From: an uncultured Pirellulales bacterium | GTDB lineage: Bacteria > Planctomycetota > Phycisphaerae > Sedimentisphaerales > Anaerobacaceae | Direction of reading: 5' to 3' | DNA: 64,000 nucleotides | Assembly: GCA_964628465.1 (NCBI GenBank) | Contig: CAZVOA010000008.1 | Coordinates: 41,322 to 105,321, forward strand | In this document: in pieces, positions 62,079 to 64,000 of the stretch | Layout of the letters: each line of letters begins with the position of its first letter | Numbering within the stretch: the stretch's first letter is position 1 | Notes under the pieces: model-generated | The model's database searches: none | What the model saw: only the letters and a program-made list of their open reading frames with translations | Told to the model about the DNA's origin: nothing | Made by a program: the position numbers and the translations under genes

Positions 62079-62635
62079 CAGGCCATATGGCGGCGTATCT
62101 TATTAGTGCCGTTCGATTATAAAGTCGAGGAAAAATCCCAAAATAAAAAGCTCGCACAGGAATTGAAAACAGAGCTTCCCGGCATTCTTAATCGTGCCTT
62201 GCAGGGACTCGACAGGCTCAATAAGCAGGGTTTTACGAAGCCCAACGGACAGAAAGACCTTATCGAAGAATATCGCCTGGACACAGACCCGGCAAGAGCC
62301 TTTCTGCTCGACAATTACGAGGAATCGCTCATTGGTCAGTCAGTTCGCTGTGCGGATATATATGAAGCATACAGGCAATTTTGCGAGGACACAGGCTGCA
62401 TGCCAATGAACGAAAGAGCCTTCGGACGGCAGGTACGGAGAATCTTCCCCAAAGTAAATCGCCACAGAATAGGTGAACGAAACAAACGAGAATATGTTTA
62501 TCAGGGCTTGGTGTCCTATGTGTCCTAAGAAAATCCTATTTGTGGCTGTATCCAGAAACATATTAATATTTAGTATAATATAAAATAGGAAATTGATAGG
62601 GTACATAGGACACGGCGTACAAAAATAGATGATTG
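62079..62635 (+). repeat. ~0.55-kb direct repeat, copy R2
   Basis: See R1. It is bracketed by a ~36-nt direct repeat, AAAAAAAGGGTCCTGACACCTTTAAATTCCCTCAGG (62047-62082) and AAAAAAAGGGTTCTGATAACTTTAAATTCCTCAGG (62642-62676). Confidence 0.85.
62106..62528 (+). pseudogene. duplicated 3' fragment of the primase-helicase gene
   Basis: It encodes the last 140 residues of the 455-aa protein with a handful of substitutions. It has only a GTG at its 5' end and no N-terminal domains. Confidence 0.7.
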
Positions 62636-62811
62636 GAACGTAAAAAAAGGGTTCTGATAACTTTAAATTCCTCAGGACTATAATGGAACAGCATTGCTGA
62701 GCAATAAATAAAGCAACTTATTTTATTAGACTTTTCAAGAAATAAAAACTTTGCTATAATCATATTGTTCAAAGATGAACTCGTTGATTGAATAAAGGAG
62801 GCATTATTTTA

Positions 62812-64000
62812 ATGCAACAACTAAATCTGGAATTATTTGAAACTGATAGCGTAAGACAGGAAAAGAGTGTTTGTGCTGAATGGGGTACATTTAAGGATAA
62901 CTTGAGAACACCAGTACATCGTTGGTTTACTTATCCGGCAGGCTTCTCTTACAAAGCTGTAGAAGCCTGCATTAAAAATTATGGTATTGAGCTGGGACAA
63001 ACAATCTATGACCCATTTATGGGTACTGGCACGACAAACCTTACAGCTAAAATGATGGGCATCAATTCATTTGGAATAGAAGCCCATCCCTTTGTTTTTC
63101 CTATTGCCAGAACAAAACTTAACATAGAAATTAACCTTAAAAAAGTTTATGAAATCACCGAATTATTACAGGAAAGATTTTTATCTAAAAAGCAGTCTCA
63201 AAATGGATTTCTTACAACTTTGGAAGGAGAATTCCCTGAATTAGTCATTAAATGTTACAATCCTGAAACCCTCTTTCAACTATTGATGATTAGAAATACG
63301 ATTTCTAACCTTGATATTTCCTCTGCTTTTCGAGACTTTCTTAATGTTGCACTAACTTGCTTACTAAGAGAAGTATCGAGTGTACAAACGGGTTGGCCTT
63401 ATATAGCACCTAATAAATCCAAGAATGGTTCTAAGAAAATCAATGCGTATGAAGCTTATATTAACAAGCTTTATTCAATGGCGGAGGATGTTAGGATTGT
63501 ATGTAATAGGATGAATGGTCTTAAATCAAAGCATCATATTTATGAAGCCGATTCCAGAAATACAGAGAAATATTATGAATCTGAAAGTGCTGATTTCGTA
63601 TTTACCTCACCTCCGTATCTTAATAATTTTGATTATGCAGATAGAACGAGACTGGAAATGTATTTTTTCAAGGATGCCTTTAATTGGAGTGATATAACAG
63701 CAAAAGTTCGTACCAAGCTCATCACAAGTGCAACAACACAAATAAATCGAACAGATAGCAAATATGATTTAGATTCTTGTCTAAGAGAGGATAGCCCTGA
63801 TGTATATGAGTTTCTCCTTGAGTCTAAAAACCTCTTAGAACAAAAGCGTAAAATCAAAGGTGGGAAAAAGAGTTACGACTTAATGATATCGGGGTATTTT
63901 AACGACCTCTATTTAATATTGCAAGATGTATATAGGGTATTGAAGAAGAATACATATGCACTATTCATTTTAGGAGACTCTGCTCCTTATGGTGTGCACA
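62812..64000 (+). CDS. DNA methyltransferase (N6-A or N4-C, SPPY type), 3' end beyond the window
   Basis: My own translation from the ATG at 62812 (AAGGAGG 11 nt upstream) is open to the window edge, 396 codons. Motif I DPFMGTGTT. Motif IV FVFTSPPYLNNFDY. VHRWFTYPAGFS near the N-terminus. Absent from the ORF track because it has no in-window stop. Confidence 0.8.
   Translation, partial: MQQLNLELFETDSVRQEKSVCAEWGTFKDNLRTPVHRWFTYPAGFSYKAVEACIKNYGIELGQTIYDPFMGTGTTNLTAKMMGINSFGIEAHPFVFPIARTKLNIEINLKKVYEITELLQERFLSKKQSQNGFLTTLEGEFPELVIKCYNPETLFQLLMIRNTISNLDISSAFRDFLNVALTCLLREVSSVQTGWPYIAPNKSKNGSKKINAYEAYINKLYSMAEDVRIVCNRMNGLKSKHHIYEADSRNTEKYYESESADFVFTSPPYLNNFDYADRTRLEMYFFKDAFNWSDITAKVRTKLITSATTQINRTDSKYDLDSCLREDSPDVYEFLLESKNLLEQKRKIKGGKKSYDLMISGYFNDLYLILQDVYRVLKKNTYALFILGDSAPYGVH

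Larger units (their letters stand above)
59550..64000 (+). mobile_element. probable integrated satellite/plasmid-like island (primase-helicase, cassette, methyltransferase); boundaries not defined
   Basis: It holds a P4/D5-type replication gene, a duplicated segment, AT-rich cargo and a methyltransferase. No integrase or att site is visible in the window. Confidence 0.45.

Noticed and set aside
62106-62528. 140-aa ORF as an independent functional gene.
   Set aside because: It is a near-identical copy of the primase-helicase C-terminus. It begins with GTG in the middle of a domain and lacks a ribosome-binding site. It is best explained as a duplication remnant.

Overview
AT-rich bacterial chromosomal segment with no rRNA, tRNA or CRISPR array detected by eye. 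The gene content suggests a PVC-group or Planctomycetota-like organism, but this is inference only. The pointers are a PEP-CTERM anchor, a MoxR/DUF58/BatA-VWA cluster, a pseudopilin-like C-terminus and many word-type intergenic repeats.

(1) Positions 1-25412 form one co-directional minus-strand supercluster of at least 16 genes. In transcription order it encodes:
- a coiled-coil membrane protein;
- an Fe(III)/thiamine-type solute-binding lipoprotein;
- a 12-TM importer permease fused to a six-bladed NHL propeller;
- a 981-aa VWA protein, a MoxR ATPase, a DUF58 protein and a BatA-like VWA protein;
- a 745-aa membrane protein;
- one ABC ATPase;
- at least six tandem divergent paralogs of a ~600-aa double-module ABC-2 permease. 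The array runs off the left edge.

(2) Positions 25.6-34.6 kb are accessory-looking. They hold an epimerase, a scar of two gene fragments, a DUF642/PEP-CTERM protein, a U32 peptidase, an ABC-2 exporter pair and a lone AT-rich ATPase-Toprim-like gene that is a defence candidate.

(3) Positions 35-51 kb are mostly housekeeping: dxs, nadK, purH, pdaD-speB and a DNA-repair-type radical SAM gene, interspersed with secreted and lipoprotein genes.

(4) Positions 51-58 kb hold a GxxExxY gene bracketed by ~110-nt direct repeats, an NfeD-SPFH-GPP34-coiled-coil operon, a hydrolase, a YbjQ-family gene and an ECF sigma/anti-sigma pair.

(5) Positions 58.3-64 kb look like a mobile island. It holds a radical SAM gene, a P4/D5-type primase-helicase whose 3' 0.55 kb is duplicated around a small membrane-protein cassette, and a DNA methyltransferase that runs off the right edge.

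Intergenic DNA throughout carries several families of short phased word repeats, hairpins and a ~110-bp MITE-like element.

The strongest novel-system candidates are the MoxR/VWA plus multi-permease supercluster, the ATPase-Toprim singleton, the NfeD-SPFH-GPP34 operon and the primase island. All functional calls rest on motif recognition by eye; no database search was run.
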